A stretch of DNA of 26,928 nucleotides from Candidatus Baldrarchaeum yapensis (lineage in GTDB: Archaea > Asgardarchaeota > Baldrarchaeia > Baldrarchaeales > Baldrarchaeaceae), in contig JAEOSH010000025.1 in the NCBI GenBank assembly GCA_016840465.1, forward strand, positions 1-26,928, in the 5' to 3' direction. The notes beneath the pieces were generated by a model. The model was not told where the DNA came from, did no database searches, and saw only the letters and a list, made by a program, of their open reading frames with translations. The position numbers and the translations under genes were made by a program. This document shows, piece after piece, positions 1 to 9,133 of this stretch. Positions within the stretch are counted from its first letter, which is position 1; every line of letters starts with the position of its first letter.

Positions 1-107
1 GGACATAAGAGCACTCGTGGTGGGCGTTGGATCGCCAATCGCCATCTATTACATATCTGTACATTGCGGCGACGACCTCATCGCCCACCACGAGTGCTCT
101 TATGTCC
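1..107. repeat. perfect 26-bp inverted repeat (1-26 / 82-107), probably an end-of-contig fold-back artefact
   Basis: GGACATAAGAGCACTCGTGGTGGGCG at 1-26 is the exact reverse complement of 82-107. Confidence 0.8.
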
Positions 108-634
108 CTATTTGTCTTGATGTATTCTTGGAGGTAGAAGATTTTGTGGAGGGGGCCGCCGAGGGTTTCTCTCGATTCTAGGATTGATTTGAGGGAAAAT
201 GTGTCAGTTGCGAGGGCGACGAGTCTTCCCCAGCTTCCGACGAGGGGTTTTATTACCACGGGGAATCCCATTTTTTCGGCGGATGACAGGGCGCCTTCTA
301 TACCAAATGAAATGGAGGTGCGAGGGATGGGTATGTTATGTTGTTTTAACACTAGGTATGTGAGGAGTTTGTCTCCACAGATTTTAGTTGTGATATAGGG
401 GTTTATGACGGTGAATCCTTCGGATTCGAGGATGGCGGAGACGTATAGACCCTTGAAGTATGATATGCATCTTTGGAGGAAGACATCTGCATGGGGAAAG
501 GAGGACGGATCATGTAGGTCGAAGTTTAGGTTTCTGCAGTCGATGATGTCCACTTTCACGTTTCTCTTTGAGAGTTCCTTCATTATTTCCTTTTCTTCGA
601 ACCCTATCCTATTATGTAGCAACCCCACGATCAT
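1..634 (-). CDS. argX: LysX/ArgX-family ATP-grasp ligase, 3'-partial (runs off the window start); probably ArgX (glutamate--LysW ligase)
   Basis: Hand translation from ATG at 634 (ATGA overlap with the argH stop) is open to position 1: MIVGLLHNRIGFEEKEIMKELSKRNV...FLQRCISYFKGL...CGDKLLT...KPLVGSWGRLV...QEYIKTNRDIRALVVGDEVVAAMYRY...DWRSNAH. It is colinear with LysX at 9133-9990. The ORF track omits it, presumably because there is no stop in the window. The ArgX assignment comes from its position in the argG-argH operon. The first ~19 nt are probably a fold-back artefact. Confidence 0.85.
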   Translation of the reverse strand, partial: MIVGLLHNRIGFEEKEIMKELSKRNVKVDIIDCRNLNFDLHDPSSFPHADVFLQRCISYFKGLYVSAILESEGFTVINPYITTKICGDKLLTYLVLKQHNIPIPRTSISFGIEGALSSAEKMGFPVVIKPLVGSWGRLVALATDTFSLKSILESRETLGGPLHKIFYLQEYIKTNRDIRALVVGDEVVAAMYRYVIDGDWRSNAHHECSYV

Positions 635-2157
635 TTATTCCACCGCCAGGTTTTTTCGCTTGAAATTATGGAGTTTACGAGGGTTGAGACTTTCTCGAGG
701 GTTTTGTTTAATTTTTCGCGGAATTCTGAGATTTTGTTTTTGAGAGCGGTGAGGGCTTTTCTTCTGTCGGATAGCATTCTTAGGATTTCGTCCGATGATG
801 TTCCCCCGATGTGACATCTCCTTTGGATCGATGTTTGGGGGTCGAGGGCGTTTTTTATTTCCTCATCTGATATATTTGGGGGATTTGTGAAGCGTGTACA
901 TATTTCTGCAACCATTTTTGCAGAGAGTTGGGAGGGTTTGGTTCCGGTTTCCGCGATGCGTTTTGCAAGGGCAGCCACGATGTTGTATGCGGTTCTAAAT
1001 GGTATCTTTTTCTCGAGGGAGAGGAAGATTGCGAGATCTGGAAGGGTGCAAGGGGTGTCTTGGCATGTTTTTTCGAGAACGTCTTTGTTCAGCTTTATTG
1101 ACGAGAGAACTTTTGCCAGAATCTTGAGTATTTCGGAAGTGGTTTCCATTGCGGAAATTATACTGAACTTTGTTTCTTGCATGTCTCGCATATATCCGGA
1201 GGGCAGGCCCTTGAGCACGAGGAGGGTGTGAAGGAGGAGGGCGGGAATTCTCATGCTTCGGGCTCTTATCAGTTCTAGGGAGTCAGGGTTTCGTTTCTGG
1301 GGGAGTGCGCTGCTTCCAGTGCAGTACGCGTCTCCAAGTTTTACGAAATTGAACTCTCGGGTTGTCCAGAGGATCAGGTCTTCGGCGATGCGCGCAATAT
1401 GGAGTGCGAGGATATTCAGTTGCGCCAGTGTTTCGAGTTCCATTTCTCCTCGTGAGGATATAGCATCTAGGGCGTTTTCCTGGATTCCCTCGAATCCCAA
1501 CATTTTTGCCGTGAATTCTCTGTCTATTGGGAGCGGGACTCCCGCGACCGCCCCGGCTCCCAGTGGGCATACATTTACCCTTTTAAGGGTTTCCAGAAGC
1601 CTGTTTGCGTCTCTCAGCAACGCATCGACGTTGGCGAGGCACCAATATGAGAATGGCATGAGTTGAGCGTGTTGGAGGTGCGTGTAAGCGGGCATTATGA
1701 CATCTGCATTTTCATCTGCCAGTTTGAGGAGTTCTGATATTACGTTACATAGTTCTTCTAAAATTCCGAGGATTTTTTCGCGCATGTACATTCTGATGTC
1801 TGTGAGTACCTGATCGTTTCGGGATCTTCCGATATGTAGCATTTTTCCCGCGTCACTGGCTTTTTCCGTAACGAAGTTCTCTATGTTCATGTGCACGTCT
1901 TCGAGTTGGAGGTCGAGTTTGAATTTCCCCTCGGAGTGGAGTTTCTTGGCATCTTCTAGGGCCATTAGTATCTTCTTGAGGGATTCGAAGTCGAGTACGC
2001 CTATTTTGTACAGCATGAGGGCGTGTACTTCGTTTTGGATAATATCGTAGATTATGAGGTTTTCATCGAGCGATAAATCCTCTTGGGAGGCGAATTTTAA
2101 AAATTCGGGGTCGATACTTCCGGGTATTCTTTCCCTCCACATTGCTTTCTTCATCAA
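631..2157 (-). CDS. argH: argininosuccinate lyase
   Basis: 508 aa; EDVHMNIE, GRSRNDQV, YTHLQHAQ, GSSALPQKRNPD (fumarase/ASL signature); ATGA-coupled to argG. Confidence 0.95.
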   Translation of the reverse strand: MMKKAMWRERIPGSIDPEFLKFASQEDLSLDENLIIYDIIQNEVHALMLYKIGVLDFESLKKILMALEDAKKLHSEGKFKLDLQLEDVHMNIENFVTEKASDAGKMLHIGRSRNDQVLTDIRMYMREKILGILEELCNVISELLKLADENADVIMPAYTHLQHAQLMPFSYWCLANVDALLRDANRLLETLKRVNVCPLGAGAVAGVPLPIDREFTAKMLGFEGIQENALDAISSRGEMELETLAQLNILALHIARIAEDLILWTTREFNFVKLGDAYCTGSSALPQKRNPDSLELIRARSMRIPALLLHTLLVLKGLPSGYMRDMQETKFSIISAMETTSEILKILAKVLSSIKLNKDVLEKTCQDTPCTLPDLAIFLSLEKKIPFRTAYNIVAALAKRIAETGTKPSQLSAKMVAEICTRFTNPPNISDEEIKNALDPQTSIQRRCHIGGTSSDEILRMLSDRRKALTALKNKISEFREKLNKTLEKVSTLVNSIISSEKTWRWNK

Positions 2158-3404
2158 ATGTCCTCCCTGAGGCCTTGTGCCTTCAGGACCCTGTGCGCCA
2201 GCACTGAGGGTAGTCCCCAGAGTTCTACGAATCCCCTTGCGAGTTTTTGGTCGAATGTTGATATCTTTTCGTAGGTTGCGAGATGGTAGTCGTACAGCGA
2301 GTATTCGGATTTTCTTCCGACGACCTGGACGCTTCCCTTGTAGAGTTTTACTCTGACCACGCCGTTGACCTTCTCGTTAACTTTATCTATGAAGGCCTCA
2401 AGGTCCTCCCTGAGTGGATCGACCCAGAGTCCCGCGTACGCGAGGTAGGTCCATTCCTTATCGACGATGGACTTGAAGAGTATCTCGTGTCTGGTACATA
2501 CCATTTTTTCGAGGTCCTTGTGAGCGGTTATAAGTATCATTGCGGCCGGGCACTCGTAGACTTCCCTGCTCTTTATTCCGACTATTCTATCCTCGATATG
2601 GTCAAGCCTTCCTACACCATGCACTCCGCCGATTTTGTTTAATGTTTCCACGATCTTTACGGTATCCATATAATCTCCATTTATTGCAACGGGAACTCCC
2701 GATCGGAACTCTATTTCCAGGTATTCTGGCCTGTCGGGCGCCTTTTCTGGCGGGCAGGTCCATGCGAACGCATCCTCGGGGGGTTCGCAGAAGGGGTCCT
2801 CCAGCGGGCCGCATTCTATGGATCTTCCCCAGAGGTTCTCATCGATGCTGTACGGTGAGTCTATATCGACAGGTAGCGGTATTCCGTGCTTCTTTGCGTA
2901 CTCTATTTCCTCGTCCCTCGAGAGGTTCCACTCGAGCACCGGTTGGATGATCTTTATGTCCGGTGCGAGTGCCTTTATCGTCACGTTAAACCTTATTTGA
3001 TCATTTCCCTTTCCCGTGCAACCGTGAGCAATTGCGTCTGCTTTCTCCTTTCTTGCTATCTTTACGGCCCACTTTGCGAGGAGGGGTCTGGCAATGGAGC
3101 TGCTCACGGGGTAGACGTCCTCGTACAGGGCGTTGGCTTTAAGGGCGCGCATTGCGTACTCGTCGATGAACTCCTTTCTTGCATCTATGGTGTAATGTTT
3201 TTTGGCTCCGAGGTCGTATGCCTTCTTTTCTATCTCTTGGAAGTCTTTTGTCATTTGCCCAACGTTTAGGGTTAACGAGATCACGTCACAGTCGTACTTT
3301 TCCTGTATCCACTTTAGCATGCAGCTTGTGTCAAGGCCGCCGGAGTAGAGGAGGACGCACTTCTCGATGTGATCCGCATCCTTGGATTGCCCAGCAATTG
3401 TCAA
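2154..3404 (-). CDS. argG: argininosuccinate synthase
   Basis: 416 aa; LYSGGLDTS PP-loop, HGCTGKGNDQIRF, YSIDENLWGRSIECG, GIKSREVYECP; TTG start with GGTGA SD. Confidence 0.97.
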   Translation of the reverse strand: MTIAGQSKDADHIEKCVLLYSGGLDTSCMLKWIQEKYDCDVISLTLNVGQMTKDFQEIEKKAYDLGAKKHYTIDARKEFIDEYAMRALKANALYEDVYPVSSSIARPLLAKWAVKIARKEKADAIAHGCTGKGNDQIRFNVTIKALAPDIKIIQPVLEWNLSRDEEIEYAKKHGIPLPVDIDSPYSIDENLWGRSIECGPLEDPFCEPPEDAFAWTCPPEKAPDRPEYLEIEFRSGVPVAINGDYMDTVKIVETLNKIGGVHGVGRLDHIEDRIVGIKSREVYECPAAMILITAHKDLEKMVCTRHEILFKSIVDKEWTYLAYAGLWVDPLREDLEAFIDKVNEKVNGVVRVKLYKGSVQVVGRKSEYSLYDYHLATYEKISTFDQKLARGFVELWGLPSVLAHRVLKAQGLREDI

Positions 3405-3644
3405 TTACATCACCATTCTGTGGGGTCTCCTAATGCCTCTCAGCGACGGGTGTTAAAATTTACGTAGCGGCCAAAACAAGAACCTGGGATCCCGTTATTG
3501 TCATAACTTAATCGTGATATTCCGTTGCGCTGGGAGGTTTCTGCTATATGTCGGGGTTTGCATGGAATACGTACCGGATCGATGTCACTTCCTCCACATA
3601 ACCTATAAAAGGACACAATCATATTTTCAAAATGTCACAACGAG

Positions 3645-3896
3645 GTGGTTGAAATTTCGGGCCCTACGGAAAAGGAACTTAATTACAGGTTCGAAGAACC
3701 TCCGGGCATTCCCAATTATGTTTACGTGTATGTTCCGGCGGATGTTCTTTCTAAGGACGAATTGACGAGTATCGCGGCAATCTGCAATGCAATCCTGATA
3801 GAAACGCGAGGAAACGATACAAGAGTATTACTTCGCAAAAACAAGGTGAATCTGTTCGTAAGATTATTAAAGTACGCCGTAAGCGGGAAACCCTGA
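3645..3896 (+). CDS. small hypothetical protein (83 aa)
   Basis: Protein-like alternating beta/alpha pattern (YVYVYVP...DELTSIAAICNAILIE...RVLL...LFVRLLK). TATAAAA at ~3604-3610. It fills the gap between divergent argG and the convergent ACT gene. No family recognised. Confidence 0.55.
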   Translation: MVEISGPTEKELNYRFEEPPGIPNYVYVYVPADVLSKDELTSIAAICNAILIETRGNDTRVLLRKNKVNLFVRLLKYAVSGKP

Positions 3897-3916
3897 CTTC
3901 GTGGTATGTTATTTTC

Positions 3917-4615
3917 CTACTTATGTCTTTTTCTCATTAACATTATCTGATTTTCGAGTATTGAGTATGCCTTGAGCGCCATTTTCCTGTCGATTATTAT
4001 TATCGTGTCGGTGTAGCAACTCATAATTTGAGTTATGTTCACGCCGTTCTGGGCAAGTATGCTGGTGATGTAGGCTATTACCCCGGGTGTGTTTATTATC
4101 TCCTTGGGGCTAACAAGTACGAGGGCGGATTGATTTCTTATAGTCATGATGATGTTCTCCTTCCCCACCACATCAATTAACTTGTTGAGGAGGTGCTCGT
4201 CTATCACTATTGTGAAAGTGTCGGTTCCCTGCGTTATTTGGAAGAAGCGGGCGGTGCTCAATTCGTTTGCGATCTTGCCGAAACGGTTGATGAGAACATA
4301 GGGCCTGACTGTTACAACTGCAACATCATTCTTCAGTTCCAGAACCGTCTTGGCGATGATGCTAGAAATCTCCTCCTCCAGCGTCTCCTGGTGCTTAGAT
4401 AATTCGTCGGAGTACCTCAGTAATGCCATTTTTATCGCTTCGGATTTTACTTCCCTACCTATTATCTCCTCTACCTCTTTCTTGATGAGATTCGCTAATG
4501 CCGCGTAATTTAACACTTTCAACTTCAGAGCGTCCAATAATGACGGGTGGCGATTTATTACCTGTCTCGATGCCTCAGCTATTGATTTTGTCATTATATC
4601 ACACGCACCCCTCAT
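3917..4615 (-). CDS. archaeal ACT-domain protein (helical N-terminal domain plus tandem ACT/CASTOR-like domains); putative amino-acid sensor or regulator
   Basis: N-terminal SIAEASRQVINRHPSLLDAL...LNYAALA; C-terminal ACT TPGVIAYITSILAQNGVNITQIMSCYTDTIIII. Confidence 0.8.
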   Translation of the reverse strand: MRGACDIMTKSIAEASRQVINRHPSLLDALKLKVLNYAALANLIKKEVEEIIGREVKSEAIKMALLRYSDELSKHQETLEEEISSIIAKTVLELKNDVAVVTVRPYVLINRFGKIANELSTARFFQITQGTDTFTIVIDEHLLNKLIDVVGKENIIMTIRNQSALVLVSPKEIINTPGVIAYITSILAQNGVNITQIMSCYTDTIIIIDRKMALKAYSILENQIMLMRKRHK

Positions 4616-4810
4616 GCTTGATATTTGTAAAGATTATATGTGCATATTGGTACAGCATATGCTTTCTCTAATACTAGTTATAACGAACCATGCCTGTACA
4701 TGTGACAAATATAACATAACCTTTAAGTCACCATCCGCTTGTCCTCACATCTCAAATGTACCACTATAAAACTTAACGGTATACATACCTGGGAATATAT
4801 GGTACGAAAC

Positions 4811-4818
4811 CTTTAATA
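4811..4818 (+). promoter_or_regulatory. putative TATA box for the lysine operon
   Basis: CTTTAATA ~35-40 nt upstream of the hcs ATG; GGTGA SD at ~4843. Confidence 0.4.
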
Positions 4819-4851
4819 ATTTGGTTCGATGTTGCTGATAAAGGTGATGGT

Positions 4852-6069
4852 ATGAGTACGAAAAGCAAGTATAATGATCGAATATTCGTAAGCCCCTACT
4901 GCTATCACGAGGACGTTGTAAAGACCTACAGGGCCAATGGAGAGCCCGGCATAAACGACGCAACATTAAGAGAGGGAGAGCAGACGCCGGGTGTTGTTTT
5001 CAAACCCGAGGAAAAGGTAAAGATTGCGAGCATGCTCGACTCCATAGGAATAGATTACATAGAAGCGGGGTTCCCTGCGTCTTCCACGGCGGACAAGGAG
5101 GCTGTGAAAAGGATTGTAAGGCTTGGACTTAACGCGAAGATTTGCGGATTTTCGAGGGCCGTGAAATCCGATATCGATGCGGTGATAGATTGCGACTGCG
5201 ACTGTATTGTCCTTTCATTTCCGCCCTCAGACATCCACATAAGGTACAAACTCAGGATGACTCGTGAGGAGTACCTCAGGAGGGCAGTTGAGGCGGTAGA
5301 GTACGCGAAATCTCATGGTCTGTTCATAATTTATAGCGCGGAGGACTCGACGAGGGCAGAATTGTCGTGGTTGAAGCATGTATTTAATGAGATAGTTGCG
5401 GCGGGTGTTGACAGAGTGCGTATAGTCGACACGCTGGGTTGCATAACGCCGACCGCAATGAGGTTTCTCGTGGAACAGATAAGGGCATCGGTTCCCGCGC
5501 CGGTGGAGGTGCACTGCCACAACGACCATGGGCTTGCACTTGCAAACACGTTGATGGCATATGAGGCTGGTGCGACAGTTTTCAGTACAAGTGTCCTTGG
5601 TTTAGGTGAGAGAGCCGGTATTGCGCCGACTGAGGAGGTGATTCTGGCGCTCCATAATCTCTATGGAGTGGACAAATACATCACCGAGAACCTTGCGTCT
5701 CTCTGTGAGGAGGTTGCAAGGGCGGCAAAGCTACATATATGGCCGCTGAAGCCTGTGATCGGAGATAACGTCTTCACCCACGTTAGCGGCATCCATCAAG
5801 ACGGCGTGCTCAAGAATCCGATAGTTTACGAGTCATTCCCGCCGGAGATGGTCGGGCGCAGGCGCAAGTTCCTGTTAAGTAAGGTCAGCGGCCGGGCCGC
5901 TGTCAGGGCAAAGCTTAAGGAGTATGGGATTGAACTTTCCGACGAGGAGGTTAACGAATTAACGAATTTCATGAAGGATCTGTCCGTGAATAGAAAAAGT
6001 GCGTTCACTGATGAGGAATTCCTCGAGATCGTCCGCCAGTTCCTCTCAAGCAGGGGCAGGCATCTTTAA
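4852..6069 (+). CDS. hcs: homocitrate synthase (DRE-TIM metallolyase)
   Basis: 405 aa; DATLREGEQTPG, HCHNDHG, GLGERAG, HVSGIHQDG; lacks the C-terminal LeuA regulatory domain; first gene of the LysW operon. Confidence 0.85.
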   Translation: MSTKSKYNDRIFVSPYCYHEDVVKTYRANGEPGINDATLREGEQTPGVVFKPEEKVKIASMLDSIGIDYIEAGFPASSTADKEAVKRIVRLGLNAKICGFSRAVKSDIDAVIDCDCDCIVLSFPPSDIHIRYKLRMTREEYLRRAVEAVEYAKSHGLFIIYSAEDSTRAELSWLKHVFNEIVAAGVDRVRIVDTLGCITPTAMRFLVEQIRASVPAPVEVHCHNDHGLALANTLMAYEAGATVFSTSVLGLGERAGIAPTEEVILALHNLYGVDKYITENLASLCEEVARAAKLHIWPLKPVIGDNVFTHVSGIHQDGVLKNPIVYESFPPEMVGRRRKFLLSKVSGRAAVRAKLKEYGIELSDEEVNELTNFMKDLSVNRKSAFTDEEFLEIVRQFLSSRGRHL

Positions 6070-6099
6070 CTTTTTATTTAACTGGAGGACAGAACCCAT

Positions 6100-7353
6100 A
6101 TGGGCATGACAATTGCAGAAAAGATTCTTTCTAAAAAGGTCGGCAGAAAAGTGGAAGCTGGCGACCTGATAGTATGTGATGTGGACTTAGTAATGGCTCA
6201 CGATGGAACCGCGCCACTTGCAATAGAACAATTGAAGTCTCTCGGAGTTGATGACGTTTTCGATCCTTCGAAGATCGTTCTCGTGATCGACCACACTGCC
6301 CCCAGCCCGAGCAGCAATATCAGCAACATTCACAAGATGATGAGAGAGTTTGCGAGAAGGACCTCGTGTCATTTCAGGGATATTGGTTATGGTATATGTC
6401 ATCAAATATTGATAGAGGAGTTTGTAAAGCCGTGGACCGTTGTGGCAGGAGCGGATAGCCATACGTGTACGCACGGTGGACTTGGAGCATTTGCTGCAGG
6501 TTTTGGTAGCACGGACATTACTGTCATGATGGCCTACGGAAAAACATGGCTGAGAGTGCCCGAGTCGATAAAAGTTGAAGTTTCCGGCGAACTTGAGTGG
6601 CCAGTGACCGCAAAGGACGTGATATTACATGTAATTGGCGAGTTGGGGTCTGATGGCGCAACCTATATGGCCATGGAGTTCACTGGCGAGTGCATTAGAA
6701 AAATGAGCGTGGATGCACGATTTACGTTGACAAACATGGCAGTTGAGGCTGGTGCAAAGACGGGGTTGTGTCCGGTCGATGAAAAAACCTTGGAGTTCTT
6801 AAAACGGAGAGATGGAGTTACATATGAGAGGTTAGAGCCTGATAAGGATGCAGAATATGCGGATGAACTTCTGGTAGACGCAGGGAAATTGGAACCTCTT
6901 GTTGCGGTGCCCGATCGTGTTGACAACGTGAAATCGGTGAGTGAGGTCGAGGGCTTAGAGGTAGACCAGGTATTCATCGGAACGTGTACGAACGGTAGGT
7001 ATGAGGACTTGCTCATGGCGGCAAAGATTCTCAAGGGAAGAAAGGTGCACGAAGGGGTGAGATTGATAATACAACCGGCGTCACGAAGAGTTTACTTGGA
7101 GGCTTTGAATTCGGGACTCATAGAGATATTTCTCAAAGCGGGTGCGGTAATTAACCCGCCCGGGTGCGGCCCCTGTGTCGGTAGACATTTAGGTATACTA
7201 GGAGATGGGGAGCGGTGCCTTAGTACTCAGAATAGGAATTTCAAGGGAAGGATGGGCAATCCGAATTCGGAGATTTACTTGGCATCTCCGGTTGTCGCGG
7301 CTGCCACCGCGATCAAGGGTGAAATTACTGACCCTAGGAATTTGGGGGAATGA
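6100..7353 (+). CDS. hacA: homoaconitase (LeuC-family) large subunit
   Basis: [47 protein letters not shown]; lysine operon context. Confidence 0.9.
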   Translation: MGMTIAEKILSKKVGRKVEAGDLIVCDVDLVMAHDGTAPLAIEQLKSLGVDDVFDPSKIVLVIDHTAPSPSSNISNIHKMMREFARRTSCHFRDIGYGICHQILIEEFVKPWTVVAGADSHTCTHGGLGAFAAGFGSTDITVMMAYGKTWLRVPESIKVEVSGELEWPVTAKDVILHVIGELGSDGATYMAMEFTGECIRKMSVDARFTLTNMAVEAGAKTGLCPVDEKTLEFLKRRDGVTYERLEPDKDAEYADELLVDAGKLEPLVAVPDRVDNVKSVSEVEGLEVDQVFIGTCTNGRYEDLLMAAKILKGRKVHEGVRLIIQPASRRVYLEALNSGLIEIFLKAGAVINPPGCGPCVGRHLGILGDGERCLSTQNRNFKGRMGNPNSEIYLASPVVAAATAIKGEITDPRNLGE

Positions 7354-7356
7354 TAT

Positions 7357-7872
7357 ATGAGGATAAAGGGAAGAGCCTGGAAGTTTGGTGATGATATTAA
7401 TACGGATCTGATAATCGCGGGGAAATACAAGTACGACACGCTTGATATGAAAGAACTTGCTAAACACGCATTTGAAGCGATAAGACCCGGATTTTCTGAT
7501 GCGGTTAAACCGGGCGATATAATTGTTGCGGGGAAAAACTTCGGTAGTGGGTCTAGCAGAGAGCAGGCCCCACTTGTAATAAAAGCATTAGGAATCGGAG
7601 CGGTGGTTGCAAAAAGCTTTGCTAGGATTTTCTACAGGAATGCGATTAATATCGGGCTTCCGGTGATCACGTGCGAGAAGGCATATGACGCGGTAACAGA
7701 GGGCGATGAGTTGGAAATAGATGTCGAGAAAGGTATCATAAAGAATCTGACGAGCGGTCAGACTCTAGGTTTTCGTCCTCTACCGGAGTTCATGATAAGG
7801 ATCCTGAAGGAGGGCGGAATAGTAAATTATCTGAAGAAGTATGGAGGATTCGAGATTGCCGCGGAGCGTTAA
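7357..7872 (+). CDS. hacB: homoaconitase (LeuD-family) small subunit
   Basis: [39 protein letters not shown]. Confidence 0.9.
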   Translation: MRIKGRAWKFGDDINTDLIIAGKYKYDTLDMKELAKHAFEAIRPGFSDAVKPGDIIVAGKNFGSGSSREQAPLVIKALGIGAVVAKSFARIFYRNAINIGLPVITCEKAYDAVTEGDELEIDVEKGIIKNLTSGQTLGFRPLPEFMIRILKEGGIVNYLKKYGGFEIAAER

Positions 7873-8881
7873 GGTTGCCGTGATACCGGGTGATGGCATC
7901 GGACCCGAGATAATGAGTGCCACCGTGAAAGTATTGGACTTCTTAAAATTGCCATTCGAGTTCGTGCGTGTCAATGTGGGGCGTAAGGCCTGGGAGAAGA
8001 GAGGGGCTGCAATCACCGATGAAGACTTAGACGTCATAAAAAGTTGCGATGTTGTATTGAAGGGACCTGTGGAAACACCCGTCGGCCGGGGAACATATCG
8101 GAGTGTTACTGTTACCATAAGGAAGGAGTTGGGACTCTATGCAAATGTTAGGCCCTTCAGAAGCATAGAGGGGCTTGCACTGATACCGAACGTGGACATA
8201 GTGCTCATAAGGGAGAACACCGAGGGACTGTACAGCGGGATAGAGTTCAGGATTGGAGAAGATACCGCATTGGGAATAAGGGTAATTACGAGACAGGCAT
8301 GCGAGCGGATTTTGAGGTTCGCATTTGAGTATGCACGGAGAAATGGAAGGAAGAAGGTTACAGCGGTTCACAAGGCAAATATCCTCAAGGAGACATGCGG
8401 CCTGTTCTTGGAGGTTGCCAAGGAGGTCTCGACGGAATATAGTGATATAGCGTATGATCATGCTCACGTGGATGCCGTTGCTTATGATTTGTTAAAAAGG
8501 CCGGAGCGTTTTGATGTTATAGTAACGACGAACCTCTTCGGAGACATTCTCAGCGATGAACTAGCAGGGATTACCGGCAGTATAGGTGTGGCAGCATCTG
8601 CGAACGTTGGGGATAAGTACGCAATGTTTGAAGCCATACATGGAACCGCACCGGATATTGCAGGAAAAGGCATTGCAAATCCGGCGGGTCTGATGCTAGC
8701 GGCGTCAATGATGTTAAATCATGTTGGATTTTCGAGGGAGGCCGATCTGTTGAGATCTGCTGTCATGAGAGCCCTGACGATGAAGAAAGTATGCACCCCC
8801 GACGTTGGTGGTAGGGGCAATACAGATACTTTCACTTCTGCGGTTTTGGATGAACTATCCAAGATGATGTCCGTCGTTTGA
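7841..8881 (+). CDS. hicd: homoisocitrate dehydrogenase (beta-decarboxylating dehydrogenase family)
   Basis: IPGDGIGPEI, LYANVRP, IRENTEGLY, VHKANIL, NLFGDILSD, EAIHGTAPDIAGKGIANP; the true start may be a few codons later. Confidence 0.85.
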   Translation: MEDSRLPRSVKVAVIPGDGIGPEIMSATVKVLDFLKLPFEFVRVNVGRKAWEKRGAAITDEDLDVIKSCDVVLKGPVETPVGRGTYRSVTVTIRKELGLYANVRPFRSIEGLALIPNVDIVLIRENTEGLYSGIEFRIGEDTALGIRVITRQACERILRFAFEYARRNGRKKVTAVHKANILKETCGLFLEVAKEVSTEYSDIAYDHAHVDAVAYDLLKRPERFDVIVTTNLFGDILSDELAGITGSIGVAASANVGDKYAMFEAIHGTAPDIAGKGIANPAGLMLAASMMLNHVGFSREADLLRSAVMRALTMKKVCTPDVGGRGNTDTFTSAVLDELSKMMSVV

Positions 8882-8913
8882 TGTATTTATTTCGAATTCC
8901 GTACATTGTTAAG

Positions 8914-8920
8914 TTTAAAA
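8914..8920 (+). promoter_or_regulatory. putative internal TATA box upstream of lysW
   Basis: TTTAAAA in an AT-rich 72-nt gap; GGAGGTG SD at 8941-8947. Confidence 0.4.
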
Positions 8921-8953
8921 GTACGAATTAAGAACATAATGGAGGTGGTGCGG

Positions 8954-9133
8954 ATGGGTAGGCAGGTTTCCTGCCCTGAATGTTACGCCCAGATAGAGGT
9001 TGCAGACGACGTTATCGTGGGTGAAATTATAGAGTGTCCGGATTGTGGAGTGGAGTTGGAAGTAGTAGAGGTGAACGACGAGGGTGTGAAGGTAAGAGTC
9101 GCTGAAGTCGAGGAGGAAGACTGGGGAGAGTAA
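8954..9133 (+). CDS. lysW: amino-group carrier protein LysW (59 aa)
   Basis: CPEC...CPDCG zinc ribbon, acidic, C-terminal EDWGE. Start reassigned from 8906 to ATG 8954, following the GGAGGTG SD. Confidence 0.97.
   Translation: MGRQVSCPECYAQIEVADDVIVGEIIECPDCGVELEVVEVNDEGVKVRVAEVEEEDWGE

Noticed and set aside
1-107. Perfect 26-bp inverted repeat at the very start, considered as a hairpin or terminal element
   Set aside because: It lies inside the argX frame. The frame reads normally to ...WRSNAH, then switches at a 7-nt microhomology (GTGGGCG) into an exact inverted copy of its own upstream sequence. This is typical of a template-switch or fold-back artefact at a sequence end; read inspection would settle it.
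1280-1320. ArgH signature reads SSALPQKRN instead of SSxMPQKxN
   Set aside because: The change is conservative (Met to Leu); the catalytic Ser, Lys and His are retained.
3440-3765. Short ORFs 3440-3622 (minus) and 3514-3765 (plus) in the argG upstream region
   Set aside because: Composition is not protein-like, they overlap probable promoter sequence, and the second conflicts with the better 3645-3896 frame.
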